In this document: positions 23,518-38,100 of the stretch, one piece after another
Numbering within the stretch: position 1 is the stretch's first letter
How the letters are laid out: the number at the start of each line of letters is the position of its first letter
Assembly: GCF_002105155.1 (NCBI RefSeq)
Contig: NW_019029013.1
Coordinates: forward strand, 248,001 to 312,000
Length of the DNA: 64,000 nt
Source of the DNA: Lobosporangium transversale
Taxonomy: Eukaryota
Reading direction: 5' to 3'
Notes under the pieces: generated by a model
Told to the model about the DNA's origin: nothing
The model's database searches: none
What the model saw: the letters and a program-made list of their open reading frames with translations, nothing else
Position numbers and translations under genes: made by a program

Positions 23518-26500
23518 TTCTATTTTTTATATTTTTTTAACAATCTGAAGCGCACGGGCTAATAAAAAAGAAAAGACAGCCAAATCGTAAGAAGGAGACA
23601 CAAACAACTTGGGATCAAGGTGACACGATCTCGGGCCATCCTGTCATCAAACTATTTCCCTGAGAGATCACTTTCTCTTTTTATGAAATCAAAAGGATAT
23701 TTACTTTGAGGTAAGGCTCAGTGCAATGATTAAAGAACGAAAAGGAAGAACTGAAAAGGAGGAGATAAAGGAATGCAACGATCGGAAAGCAAGGAAGGGG
23801 AAGAGTGGAGAGGGTTGTTTGCTCTGCTTAGCAAGGTGTTTAGAGCAAAAGAATGAATCAATAAGGCCAAGCGAATTGGCGGAGGGGGACGAAGGTCTAT
23901 CGAGGCGGTTGAACAAGAGAAAGGGACAGAAGAAAAGGGAGGAAGAAGAAGGATAAGAGGATCTGAACCTGAGATTGATGAAGAAAAAGCCTGCCACTGT
24001 AAAAAAAAAAAAAAAAAAAAAAAAAAGTTTTTGTTTTGCTTTTTTGTTTCTTGTTTACAGTTGTTTCTGTATTTGTGATGGCCTTTTTTTTTTTTGCCCT
24101 CATTTGCTGACGAGACATCCTTATTGGATGCTTTCAACACTTGCTGCATGTTATTCTTTTTATAATTTTCAGGACAAGAATTAGGCAATTGGTGATGATA
24201 TTTAATACATACACTTGATCTGTGAGTATGATATGCGATGATAAACGATCACTCTAATTAGATTTTAATCACCCTGTATTTTTTTTTTTTTATTTCTTTA
24301 ATCGTTATCTATCATGATGACTTCCTAATGGTGTTGACACATCATTTAGAAAAGTGTGACTAAGTAGGTGAAATAACTCCTTAGATCAGCTTTAACGAAG
24401 TTGACTGTGGGCAAGGAGGGGGAAGTAGAGTTAGCGAGTGAAGGAAAGAAAGATGGAGTCCAAGGGTGTATAAATTAAAAAAAAAAACCTGGTAGAGTAA
24501 TAAATAGACGAAACTGCAAATATTTTTAGCTACGAGGATTGTCAATGCGGAATGTGAGAAAAGGACTGACCACTGAGAATTGTATTGGTCAGCTGTAAAA
24601 AAAACTTGATAACCCAGCACGGAGTTTCTTTACTTCAGCGCTCATTGACTCTTGTAATAGCTCGTGTGGTTCACCCTTTTTTTTTATCTTTTCTCCAGGT
24701 CCTGGGTTCAAGCTCCTAACTCATTCCAGGAACTAATGGCCTGCACAAGAACTCTTAATTATAGTCATGATTTGAGAAAAAAAATAAACCCTATAATGAT
24801 TGGACAGTTTAACATCAACCTTGCTATCCTGCAAGTGAAAACGTAAAAAATGAATGATCCGTGGTAGCGTGGGCACCAGCTCTAATCCAGCTCTTCTCCA
24901 GATGGTTGGTTTGTATAAAAAATAAAAATAAAAAACGAGTATACAAAATATAATTGGAACCGGAGAGGAGGAAAGACACCCCCAGTTTGCTTTAATATAT
25001 TTAATTTAATACACAAGGCGCAACATGGACATGTACACATGTCCTCGTACCTCGCTACTTCATTTCTTCTAAAAATATGACCTTGACTCTCACATGTATT
25101 CCTTTTATCAAACTATGCAGATCAAAGCATTGTGAAAAAAGACTAATGGATATGATATGCATGTAAGCAGAAGAATGAAAATATGGGTTGTTATCAATGC
25201 GAGATCACTTTAGGACAAGCATCTCCATCCACAATCACATCAGTGTCTCACACCTATGAGCCGTTGCTTTATTGTCTCCCTATACGCCGAAACAGAAGCA
25301 ATAGTTAAAAAAAGGATTCATTGCCACAAACTCCTTTTCTTTAATTCACGTCCTTTCAAAGGGGCGGACGTCTCCTTTTCAAATCCAAAAGGAGGCATTC
25401 TTTTTGAGTGCTCCTCTGGTGGAGAGTGAGTCCTATTGTATATGTATACTTGTAGTCAACTTTTAGTGCTGAGAAGGACTCTAGTGTCAACCCTAGCTCT
25501 GCCGTTTGAAGAAATGGATACAACTTTCTCCTCAAAGAACTTAAATAAATCCAGACAGCAAGGAGCAAGAAAGGGAAACATGCATAGAGGATATAATTTC
25601 ACTGGAAGAAGGCAAAAAGGCACTCGATAGTTTATGTATCCTTAAAGATTTTAAAAGACGGGTGTTTACAGGCTGCTGAGCACTCAACACACGATCTTGT
25701 TCTTTCTTATTAGGCAACAACATTTATACACTATTATATCTATGTTAGTCGACCTAGGCTTCGAGAGAGGACCTCTGATTGAAGAGCAATTCAGGAGCGA
25801 ATGACAAGGGAAAGAATAACAGTGCACAGATTTAGACGTTAGACGTTGGAAATGGACGAAAAGGGACCAAAAAGGAAGAAAAAATATACAATGTGGATGC
25901 CAGTTTAGGCAGAATGGCAAAGTGAGCAAAACTAGATGTTTAGTAGACTATGGATCACGATAATACCTCTGTTCATTTTTAACAAAATATTCCTGTGCAA
26001 TAATTTTAGGCCCAACATTTGAGCTAACTGGAAGGATGGTCATCCATGCACTTGTGTCTGTTGACTAAAAATATATGCGGCCACCCGAAATGCTCAAAAC
26101 TTTTTTTGTCGATGTGTCTGTGTGTGCATCTTGCCTTTCCACAAAAAAAAAGGACGAGGATGAGGGAACAGGCAGTTGGTGGATACTGTAGGCTGGGAAG
26201 AGACAGCCTTTAATTTGTTCCGTCACTCCTCTTTTTCTTCTTTCTGATCCTTCTTTTCTTCAAATCCTCTTTCTTCTTTTCTTCAACCATCCCAATTACT
26301 CTCTCTCTTCTTCTCCTCTTTACTTTTCTGTATTCTAACGACGATATTGGAAACTCAACCTCCTCCTTCGCTTTGTCATCTTTAACCTGAGCATTACTTG
26401 TAGCCATCAATATCCTTGGTTCCGACACTAGTAGCTTTATTTCAATCTCTCATGCTATCGACTTAAATTTTCACTTATCACTATCGCTATTGCTATTGCT

Positions 26501-27089
26501 ACTGCTACTGTTCAGCGTCATTCCCCGCTTCTCTCGCCGTCGCCGGTGAGTTCATAATTGCGTTTTTGTATCGGGTGGATGTCCATGTTAGTGGCCATCA
26601 AGCAAATAATGAGGGGAATGCTTTTATTATTTCCTTGGGTTTATACTTTTCCTTTCTTCTACTCATCATGTAAACCATCATGAACGGATTCTAAATGAAA
26701 TAGTTCACTCTTTCTCTCTCCCTCACCATATTTCTCTCTCTCTATCCTCTTCATATTTGATCACTAACCCTTTTATCTTTTTGTTTTTTTTTTTTTTTTT
26801 TTTGCCTTCGTCTGTAGTTCCACAACTCACAGCTTACATCCAATAATCGTGAGCGCATCCTCACACGAGACTTCATTGTTCACCATTTTTGTCAGCAGAG
26901 TGCTCTCGATATTACTTTTTTTTTTTTACCCCACACAGTGGCATTCACTCTCTTTTGCTCTTCTCGTCTGTTGGTATCAATACATCCATTCTTTTGTGAG
27001 CATATAAAAATATAAACTACCTCTTCTCTCTCCCTTCACACACCGTAATAACTCCTTTACTAATTTCCCTGACATAACATAAAACCATC

Positions 27090-30041
27090 ATGGCAGGAAC
27101 CGATGTCCAGCAAGGTAAAGTGGAAAATCAGCATCCTTTCAAGCTGTGCTCTTTTTGTTTACAAATAATTTTGCTTAAATGAACGCCGCTAATCTATTCT
27201 AAACTCCTCCATCCGTGCTACTACATTCTCATATATTTTCTGATTGTATTTATTGCTCTCTTTTCCATCATGGCTGTTATCGCAAAAGCAGAATGGAGTT
27301 CGGGAGATTTGATGAAGCATGATCAAGGTGCCAAGTCCTCACCATTTTTATCCCCACTGGCCGTCAATGGCAGCAGGACAACAGTGGCCTCTTCAACTTC
27401 TTCAAATTCGGGTTCCGATCTAGATTGTATCGAAGCAAAGGTCGAGGGACTAGATATTAGTTCATCACTGCTGGTTTCATCCACAGGGATCAGCTATCCT
27501 TCCCCGCCCTCAACTCAACAGGACACTACCAAACCACCAATCCCCCCCACAGACCCATCACCATCTAATGTCGACGCAAAGACCCAACGCAATTCAAATT
27601 TGCCATCGCCCTTACAGATAAATTCATTTGAGCCCAAATCAAGTCAACAAGGCAGCCATGATGGTCAAGGCACTCGAACGCCCTCATCTGCATCGTTTAT
27701 TCAGTCCCCGACGAGCATTTCAGATTCTTCCTCCTCTGGGAGTGCACACCCATCTCACAATCATCCACCCCAACTATGGGCAGCCAACAGCAACAACCAC
27801 AGCCCTCGTCACGGGCCTTTGTTGACTGGCAACTCTTCGCCTGCATTGACACCTCAACTTACAGCATCTTACAATAATAACAATGGTGGCTCCTCAAATT
27901 CACTGGCTCCCCCTGGATCATTCATGCCCGTGCCCGGCGCACCCAGGAAGAGCTCCGTTGCGAGCTTGGGTGCCATTCCTCGTAACTTCACTGGATTCCG
28001 TGGTGCACCTCTAGGTCAGACGTCTGATACAGAATCGGTTTTAAAGCAGTTTGATGTTTATTATGGCAAGGTTTATATTCGCGGTCAGCTTCAGAAAAAG
28101 AACGATCTGGGCCTTGACGGGGCTAAGTTACAAGGGGAACAATGGGCAGTCTACACCGTAGAGCTGGTTGGATCCAAGTTGCGGTTAAGCCCTATTAATA
28201 ATACTACACACCTTCAGCCGGAAGAGATGACCCTTGAGGAGGCTAATGTGGAAATGCAGGACGGACCAAACGGCGGTACATTCACAATTAACTGGAAAGG
28301 AGCTAACAGGACTATTTTCCAACCTGTTCAGCAGCTCAGTCTCGGTGAACCTGAGGCGGGATCGACATGCCAAGATTGGGTCTGTGCCATTCGTCTTAGC
28401 TGTTACGAGTGCTCTCGGCTTCAGGAGATCTATACCTCAACATTACTGCGGCAACCAAAGTTCAGAGAACAAGTTGCGGCCGCGATAGAAGGTCCAGTAA
28501 AGTATGCGGGCACACTCCAGGTCCGGTTCTGGGCAGGTGAAGAGTGGCTGAATTTGTACGTCGTGATCTCGGACCAACGCGGAGAGGAAACCAAGAAGAA
28601 GAAGCAGGGCAAGGTTCTGCAGGCAATACCTATCCGAGGCCAGATTCATTTCTATGAGAATCCCAAGGCTAAAAAACCATTTGTGTCTCTTTATAACGTC
28701 AGTCAAGCCTATGCAGTTTGCCCGAGTCGATTGAGTCTAGATGCGTCCAAGAACAGCAAAGCGGGAGAGGAAGGGTCCTTGATCGTCAAGCTTGAAGGAG
28801 ATGTGGTGATGCAACGGGAGAATCTTGTACCACAACGAAAGGGTTTTTTTAGTGCCGCACCCCCGCCTTCAGCCATAGCACAGAGCCTTCAAGCATTATT
28901 ACCAACCGGTCGATCTATGTTTGCCACATTCCAAGTTCCCAACGCTGTGGAACGTACAAAGCTTTTGCTCGGCACCAGCGAGGCTTTTAGGATATATGGA
29001 AAGCCCGGCCCATTGCTATTTGATTCACCCATGGACCCTGCTGCTATGAACTTTGGATGCACGGCATCATCATTACTTCAGCAAGAACTCTTGATCGGAT
29101 TGGATACTGTCCTTCATATCCCTCAAAGAGGTGAAAGCCTTGCGGACGTCAAGTTTTCATTTGGTGAAGTCCTTCGGAAACGCCTCATTGCAGAGAATCC
29201 CCCAGTCCCACAACGCCCTCATTCTGGGTATTTTGCAAGACGACATAGCACTTTGCCATACGGCGCCTATGGCGTTCATGAAAATTTGGCAGCACCACCG
29301 ATGATGGCAGCCATGCGCGCTAGAGCCTATTCTGGATCTGCTTTCATGGCCCCACATCCCTCTTCTAATTTGCATCCAATGCAGGTTCCTCCATGGGCTG
29401 GCCGCCCCGTCAGCTCCTACATGCCTCAACCTGGACCTCTTGCTTCACCCTATAACCAACATCTTTACCGACCCGCCTATGCCTCTTCCAATACAAGTAC
29501 TGATGAAAACGATGCAAACTTGGTGACGGATGAAGAAGGAGAGGACGATGAATACCCAGATTCGTCGGAAGAGGATGAAGATAGCCATATCACGCCTTTC
29601 CGCCCCCGAGCTGGCTCCCTGATGGCCCCCGCAGCCCCTTTTCGTGGACCGGGAAGCCGCAAGGGCAGTGTCAGTGCACTCAGCGTGCAGAGTGGCCGAA
29701 CAGGTAGAAGCGGTAGCTTTACAAGTGCTCATGGTGTACAGATCGTCATGCCAGGAGAATCACTGCTGCCAACAACGCAAGAGAGGAGGCCAACATCAAC
29801 GGTATTAGAGCTTCCATCGCTCCACTCTTTCTCGGATGAATTTGGTATCAAGGAGGAGCCCGAAGAACAACAGCAAAGGAGAATGAGCGCAGTTGTGTAT
29901 CCAGCACAAATTGTGACCTCTAAGAACAAGATGCGAAGAGATTCTACAGTCAGTGGTCCCAAAAGCGCCGCCTCTGTAACCTCGCCATCTATTCCAGCCC
30001 CTGAGATTGTTACTGCAGTAGCGAACGAGGCTTCAAGCTAA
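27090..30041 (+). CDS. PH-domain protein, Skg3/Caf120-like
   Basis: Short exon 1 (27090-27114, GTAAAG donor) splices in frame to 27292. KVYIRGQLQKKND..WAVYTVELVGSKLRL, DWVCAIRLSCYECSRLQEIYT and a second PH-like block (GTLQVRFWAGEEW...AYAVCP). Confidence 0.8.
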
Positions 30042-30614
30042 TTCATCAAGGGTGACATGGTTATCAATTGTACAAACATTGATTGTTGAGAATAAGTAGA
30101 ACAATCCTCGAAATAACGTTTTCTGTGATGATTTCAGAAGTATACGCCTAATGCCAAAATAATAAATTCATCATACCATTTGCTATTAAATAAATATTGA
30201 TTACGACGGTGCCTAAAAAAGAGGTAATATACTACCTTTTTAATGTATCCTGGGAGTAGAGATAAGAATGTACCAAAAAGATATTACTGCATCTGAAAGA
30301 GGGGTGATTATGGTACATGTACTTTGAGTCTAAAATCAAACCTGACCGACATGACACATTACTTTTCCCTTAGACACGTTCACATAATAGTATAATGGAA
30401 TGAACTTCAAGCAGTAACTATTTATTTCCTTTCCTTTTAACAAAATACGAAGTCAGCGTGATACATCTAAACATTGTAACGAACAAAAAAGAATCATTTT
30501 GGTAGAATCACGGGTAGGGTTGTAAACCTTGTAAGCAGATCAAAGATCAGCTCTTCCCACAAAAACCAGGGACCTAGTCGTGCGATACAGCGATCCAAAA
30601 GTATAAAATTACAT

Positions 30615-30686
30615 TGCCATTGCCTGGAATCGAACCAGGATCGTCTCGGCCACAACGAGATATACTAACCATTATACTACAATGGC
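30615..30686 (-). tRNA. tRNA-His (GTG), intronless
   Basis: Reverse complement GCCATTGTAGTATAATGGTTAGTATATCTCGTTGTGGCCGAGACGATCCTGGTTCGATTCCAGGCAATGGCA; anticodon stem TCTCG/CGAGA with GTG in the loop. Confidence 0.96.
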
Positions 30687-31779
30687 GAACTGAATTCACT
30701 GAAGAATGCCTTAGCCTACTATAAATATATTTATATTTTAATCACGTGATTGCACGGATAACTCAGTCACCCTATTTAGCTTGACAATAATTATAATAAA
30801 AAAAAAAGCCCCCCCTCGACAATACAGCCGTAACAAATACTGGAGGAAGCATCAGAGGGCAGAGAAAGGAGGTGGCAACGATACCTAGAAGAGGGTATGC
30901 AAAGGCACGCTGAATGCAGTGCTGAAGAACGAGAAGCTTGCTTGGAGGGATTACGTGAGGCTTTCGAGAAAAGAGAATATCTGCGAGCAAGAGGAAGCAA
31001 ATGAGAGAAGCAGAATATGAAAGGGTAAGCGAGAGGCGGTAATGCGTGACCAACTCGCAAGAGCTCGTACTTTGCAGGCAGCAAAAGAACGGGAGAGACT
31101 AAGAGTGGCGGCGGAAGAGAGACAAGTAAAGTGTCGGTACAAATGGGTCCGAGCTAAGCAGGAAGCAGCTCGCAAGAGGTACGAAAGGGCTCGAGCACAG
31201 CAGGAAGCAGCCCGTAGGGAAGCTTGCAGGGAAGCCCAAGAGAGAGTACTCCACCAAGAACAAAGACGATGTCAAGGACTGACAAAGGGTTTGCAAGGAA
31301 AGGTAAGTGAATGAATAACAAGAATGATAATGAGCTGAGAACTAGAATGGATTCACGAATAGTTTTATTGCAGACTGAGGTTTACTATGTTACAAATCTA
31401 TCATATTTATACTTGTTTGACTGAAGCGGAGACGCGCTTCAAGAACTCTAAATAAAGCTTACTCAAATATTTCCTAAGGACTTTTACCATATGCGGAACT
31501 TCAAGTGTTGAGTTAACTTAATACACAGGATCCGAGGAAGATATCTGGTGCAATCTTATTTCAAGGTTCCTTGGCACTATAAGCCTTGGTTATTGGTTTA
31601 TAGCTCTTCTAGAATCCTTGGAGCTATTCACGGAGCTAGAAAACTAGGAGACGCGACTTGGCTTGACAGGCAAACTATGCATGGAGGAATGAGTGAAGGA
31701 AATGAGCGGAACAAATTAATCAAGCACACGTGATCTTTTTCAGATTCGAATCAGACAAAAGTCATTCATCAATTCATGA

Positions 31780-33350
31780 GCTAGACATTGCTTGCTGTTC
31801 GTGACAGACGACGAGAAGCAGCCAAACGTTCAAGAAGGGCACAGCTGCACACCAAGTACGAGGACGAAGTGAGCTCAACGAAGAGGCCCTCGACAGACGG
31901 CTACGTAGGATGGCACAAGAGGAATTGGATTCTGTTCCGACAGTGAGCAATAAAGCACCTCAAGCGAACGTTAGCCCAGGACTAGCAGATCACACTGGAG
32001 CCGTGATACCACAAGATGTCATGGAAAGCACTCTAAGGCAAAGATCTAAGGCAAAGAGAAAGGTTAGTAGGAAGGGGAAGAGTCTCTTTATTCTCTGATG
32101 GATCGTTGGAGAATGCAGGAAAGGACTCAACGCGGATGGCTTTTGGAGTTGTTGCGCAGGAGAACGTGGACGAATACACAACAGTAATATCTGGAAAAGT
32201 TGATGGCTATGCCTCATCCAAGGCAGAACTGGCAGGTCTATTCGCAGCAACACTTATTAGTCCAAGGAATGTACCAACAACAGTCTATGTAGACAGTATG
32301 GCAGTAGCACCAGGACAGAAACAGATTGGCAAGGGACCTACGTCCATACCAGCAAGCGAAGAGGCGATATGGGCGTCATTGGAAGCCGTGTACAGAGGAG
32401 CTGCTGCAATTCGACAGGCGGGCGAATTGTATTACGACGACGAAGAGGATGAAGATGACGAGGGTGAGAGAGCCATCAGGACAGTCCAAGACCTTTACCA
32501 TGGATTGGTGCCGAAAGACATGGTCAAGAATTGGAAAGATACTTTTAAGACAATCGCATGCATTGCAAAATATGTGGTTTGCAGATTTACCAAAGCTATC
32601 GAGGAAATCGGAAGGATTGAGATCTGAAACAGACGCTGCAAAGCCATCGTCAACTGGGAAAGAGACAATGGCATCACCTCTGTGAGCAAACGTGCTATTA
32701 TGTACCGAGGCTTGGGGGTGCATCTCAGGGGTACTTCCATTTTTATTCATAAGGTCAGAATATTGTGTGGCGGTCGTGGCAGGGCTTTAATAAAAGGCTT
32801 CCACCTGGCAACAATAAAAACAGGTTTGATCTCCTTGACTTGCCACACGCAGAAAACATCTCACGCGCCAGAGGACGCAACTGTGTTAGGAGGCATAGAC
32901 GTAGCAGAGGTGAATTCTTTGGCTCTCACCAGGGGCAACGGCGAACAGCAGACATGAAGGCGATCAGGACTGAGGCAGACCGGCAGGTGGCGGTAAGCTA
33001 CCGACAGCAGGTGAAATTGGCGGCTATGGAGCGCCTGGGAAGTTGCAAAATTTTGATGACTGAGGACTGTGGCTAAAGGATGACCGACCTTTACGCAGAA
33101 CAGGCCAAGTGGGGAGCAGAGCCGCGCCACAGGTCCCAGGGACCAAGGAAGTCTACTCAATGCTGATGTGGTTTATGAACAGGGTGTTGTACTGTGGCAG
33201 TATGACGACGCGGCTTCGGTCGATTATTGGATACCGCTTTATTTGCGACCCCAGTAATAGGGCAACCCATTTATAGAGCTAACATCTAAATAAATTCTAC
33301 ATGACCTCGTGGGTTCTTGTTATTAAAAAAAAAAAAAAAAAAAAAAAAAA
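31780..33350 (+). mobile_element. Deleted/degenerate RNase H-containing LINE relic with poly(A) tail
   Basis: RNase H motifs FSDGS..MAFGVV..SSKAELAGL..VYVDS from about 32090. Degenerate C-terminal ORF2 segment. The 3' tail GCTAACATCTAAATAAA..GGGTTCTTGTTATT(A)n is shared with 11385-11460. The 5' boundary is approximate. Confidence 0.8.
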
Positions 33351-35115
33351 CTCCACGTGTCCTCTCCTCGGATGGGTTCATGATAAAGACTGGTTCTGCC
33401 GATGTCACTATGGCTTTCGGTGTCGTTGACAGGTCTCAAGCGGTGGCTACCGCAGTGCAAGGCCGGACTAATAGGTTTGCTTTGTCTGCTAAAGCGGAGC
33501 TCATGGGCCTGCTTGCTGCTATCCTAGTCAAGATATTTGTGTGTAGCTCGACAACCAGGCAGTTGTGATCCAATATCAACAACTTGTTAAACCTCGGCAT
33601 CATACATTGCCTAGGGAACGTCTTCGATGCAATTATGCTGAGGTTTGAGCAGTAGTTTACCAACTCGTCAGCGACAGACCGGGTTCAGTTGAGGTAAAGC
33701 GGATCCGTGGTCATAGTAACAACGCTGGTAATGTGTTTGCCCACTCATTTGCTATTCAAAAGGTCTAGAGTAGCCTGTTTAATAGCTTATTTGATTTGTA
33801 TTTACAATGATATAGTGGCTACTAGAGCAGCTAGAGTGCCTTCTGTACCTTGGAAAGTCGATCTCAGTGCTCAATCTGAGATCCAGCACTTTACACACTT
33901 TCAAGGCCAATTGGTTGAACAAGACCTCCGTCAACTTCTCAAGCAGCAAACCACCGTTCAATGGCATCAAGCATGGACAGCCCAATGGCGCACAAAAAGA
34001 GCGATCTGTGACCTTGACGGTGTGGAGTGGCGATCAACGCTGGGCCATATCCATAATAAACGCCCTGTGCATCTTTTCTACAGTAATGTCAAGGATGCCG
34101 CAGCCAGGATGCCACCATAGCAAGAAGTTACATAGTATACTGCCCATCCTCAACTTCATGCAAGCTAGACAACCCCTTCTTTATCCAGATCGAGTTTGCT
34201 GTGTCTGTGAGGCTGAAGACGAAGATAACAACCATGTATGGGCTTGTAGCACCCTTGGTGAGAGCCATAGTAACATTTGGAAGGAGGCTCTGCTGCGCAT
34301 AGGTCGCTAGAGCCTTGCGGCCATCACCAAATACAACAAGGGCCACAAGAACGCAAGCCTGAGATGGGTCAGCCCTGATCAAGACGTGCATTTACAAGGA
34401 CTTTCATGCATTAGTGGAGTATGATTATAAGCACAGGCAACAAAATCGGTCGTGCTCCTGATCTCAAGTGGCGTCTCAGCGATCTCTACTGAGGCATTAT
34501 ACCGCTCAGTTTGATCAACGAATGGGGTCCTCTGTTCCACACAGCGCGTTCTATCGCTCATAAAGTGATTCACGAGTTCGTTGGCTACCTTGAGCAGCAG
34601 GCTACAGAGTTGACTTGAAATCCACCCTGTAAGAAAGCCATCGCCAAGGAGAAGGGCCGAGGTGTGGGGCCGAGGCAGAAGCGTGTGCCACACACTGGAC
34701 CAAGAAGTGACTGGAGCAACGGATATGGCTTTATGACAGTAGAAGGGTTTTGTCATTGTAGTACGGCAATGGATGCGCATCACTACAGGCGCTGTCCAAG
34801 ACCTACGTTAAACCCACCCGCCGCAGACAAGGTTCTGTTGTAGACCTTGTTAGGACAGCCGCGGTTGACAACCATGGAAAGGACGAGGATGATTCCTTTC
34901 CTGTAACTGTATGTTTTCGACGTTAAACACGGTGATGAGCTGTGGTAATAGTCGCGCACCACCCAGAGGGCATACCGAGAGAATGTGACGAGACTTATGG
35001 CGACTGTAAAGCATTCCTCTTCGGAGGATGGGACATCAAGTACATTCTGGACTAGATAGTTCTTCAGTTTTATAGCGTTGTTCGGTTAGAGAGATAAATT
35101 GTTAAAAAAAAAAAA
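33351..35115 (+). mobile_element. Second degenerate RNase H-containing LINE relic
   Basis: SDG..MAFGVV..SAKAELMGLLAA, IRGHSNNAGN and zinc-knuckle-like CCVCEAEDEDNNHVWAC, with many stops and frameshifts. Ends in TTGTT(A)n at about 35099-35115. Confidence 0.78.
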
Positions 35116-38100
35116 GAATCCTTATTCCCAAAGGTGGCTGGCGTGGCAGCTACTTGCTCCTTATTTTCTAGAATCAATTCTATCGGGATAGCGGTTGGCG
35201 ACCGACCTGTTCTCAAAAACAGTGGCCTGCGACGTAGTAAATAATAGGATAGATGGATGAATTGATTATTGGAAAGACAGAATGAAATGAGAGTAAGAAT
35301 AAGAGACAGCGGCATCTTTTCCTCCTTTCCAATGTTAAATATATTTACAATCCGAAGATTATTGTCCGAGTTATTCACATACTAACTCTTCGTAGACGAC
35401 CAACCCAGCAGGCCAGTAATAAGTATTGTTTCAGCTGGACATATATTCAAACTCGTGAAGTCTGGCCTACACTAGCGCCTCGTTAGAGCATTCTGTGCTA
35501 TGCATTCATGCATATTTTATAGTAATCAGAGAGTCTGTAATTGCTGATAGCTCTGAGAATATCTGGAGGGTTTTGAGGATAGAATGAAGGTTAATGAGGT
35601 TGGCTCGATTTCTGAGAGTGGTTTGAGAAGATGATGTCTGTGAATGGCTTTCAGTTGTATATTGAGATGCGCATGTTCGTGCATGACACGGTACATTGTC
35701 ATAGGAGAATATTATATCCAGGCTTGGAAACTCCCAGAGGATGCTGTATATCCAGTATGCGAGCTTATAGCTATGAAGTCGATTGTATATGGAGCTCAGC
35801 AGGACTTTGAGGGCTAGACCAAAGACCGGCCAGTCAGCGTCTGTCACCACAGGAGTACAGTCCATATAGGGTGTCCAGGTGAATGGATTACCTCCCATCT
35901 ACCGTAAGTACCAATTTCCCGCCTGAGACATTGACTCCTCAATGACAGGGATTTTGTTAGTCGGCATTATGACAATGGCAGTGGCGTCCTTATGGCTTGA
36001 GTTGGACCAGTATCTCAAAAGTGTGTGCAGATATATCAAGTCTACATTTAATTTTGTCGATCTTTTTGTCTTTGTGCTTCCGCTGAGGGCCAGCGCCATA
36101 TAGCTGGATGCACTGGAACGTAGCAAGGGCAGCGGCTCTAAAGCGTTCAGTTTTTCGGTCTTGACTGTTTACTTGCATCTTGTATGTACCTGCCGTGTAA
36201 AACTTGAAGTATGGATCCTTCATCAGAAAATGCGATTGAGTAGTTTTTTTTTTGTATTGTTTGTAAGCGCTAGCTATTCGAGCTACGCAACATCAGACTA
36301 TGCCAACCAACATGGCAATCAAAGTAGCAACTAACACGCCAATCGACACAACAGCAAGCGTGGCAGCCGGTGTGAGGAGCAGTATAATAAGCAGTAGTAT
36401 AGGCTATGCAAATAGAGCATCACCTTTCCTTCCCCGCTTGTCTCTAGGAGGGAAGCTAGGCATAGATTGACGATAGAAAGAGCCGCGATGGCGGCTTCCT
36501 CAACTACAATGTCTGCGACTGTAGTAGGATTCTAGATAAATGTGGATACAGAGGAGTTGAGGAAGCGACTGGAGGCGCTACAGCGTAGAGCTAATTTAAA
36601 CCTGGGCACTTTGCAAGATCGGGTTAACCAGCTCAGGAATACAAGGGAGCCAACACGATCGCAGCAGAAGTATTGTATTTTCATTGATGATAACCAAAAC
36701 AGGCGAAATAGATGAAGATAGGCCCAGAGGCGGCTTCTCATGAGCATCTCTTGCTCTAGAAAAAAAGAGTGAAAATGCAAGTTTTTTTTATACATTTTGA
36801 TAGACCATTTACATGAAAATATTGATATATACCGCTCATTTCAATTTTAACGACTGGAAGGTTTTTGTTCTCGAAAGCGGCTATAGACATAAATCCAATT
36901 ATTTTTCCATCCCATTAAAGTAGACTTTATCTAAAATTTAAACCAAAATGGAGGCCCTCAGAATCAAAGTATCGATTGAGTTTTGTGTGGGGTCAATGAC
37001 AGATGGCTACTAAAAGAACCCTATAGCCCTGTAAGCCAAAGATGGATGCTAAGGCTACCGCAAGTCTATGCTTATAAACTAGAGGCCCCCTATTCGATCA
37101 TGGTGAGGATACTACGGAAGCAGTAGTAGTAGTGGCTGTAGTAATTGTAGTGTAGTGGTAGTGATGACCGCGTTAGCAGGAGCGGAAGAGGACAAACATG
37201 TATGGAGGCTTCTGTTTTGGCTCGAGTCAGTACCATAAGTAGCTGTAATGGTTTGAATATTGCTGAAAAGAAGCTATTGTGGGGGGTATGAGGCAAACTG
37301 TGCGAGGGTATCTAAGTTATTAACATATCAATGATCGTAGTCTCCTCATAGCCAGCCAACCTAAGAATCCAGTAGCTCAGCACGAAGTGCCATTTCAGTC
37401 GAATATACGATCCAAGTCTGCCCAAAGGACTTATGTCCAAGGCGATTATCGTGAAGAATAACCTGCATCCACGTCTCGTTAGAACACTCTGTGATAGGCA
37501 CTTATTTATATGGATTTAGAGATTAAAGAATTTTCGTCATCGATGTCAGTAGTGATAGTGCTTGGGGAGCCTCAGGAATAGGATGAAGATTCATGAAGCT
37601 GCTTAGGTTTCTGTGAGTAATCTGAGAGAAGGTGTATGTGGATGGCTTTTTACTGGTATGCGCGGATGCATTTTGTGTATTTTGAAGAGAAGAATTCATT
37701 AATTTGCTTCGCCAAAGTCATTTAATCTAGACATGCTAAAAATCGAAAAAGGTGTAATCTATTCATCAAGCCTACGGCTCGAGACGTGACGCTGTCGGGC
37801 TGTCTAGGAAGAGCTATACTACATCCAGGCTCGAGTTAGCGCTTCAAGAATTGTTCTTTCTCTTATCAAAAGACTACGCGGCGCTACTACCAGCCTTAGT
37901 CATCTATTAACTCGGGCTCCATTATATAAAATAATGAATTCATTGATACAGCTACACCGTTGTCTGGGGTTTCGATAGGGTGAGCAACCGCGGGAACAGC
38001 CACGGCAGGGACAGCAACGGCGACGGAAACAGCGGCAGCAACGCTTCCTTGCTGTGTACCTGGAGGATCTAAAGCTTGGTCGACAGGATTGGCCGGATTC

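Noticed and set aside
30790..31314. Arg/Glu/Ala-rich coiled-coil-like ORF next to tRNA-His
   Set aside because: Interrupted by stops and low in complexity; probably a relic, but no family can be assigned.
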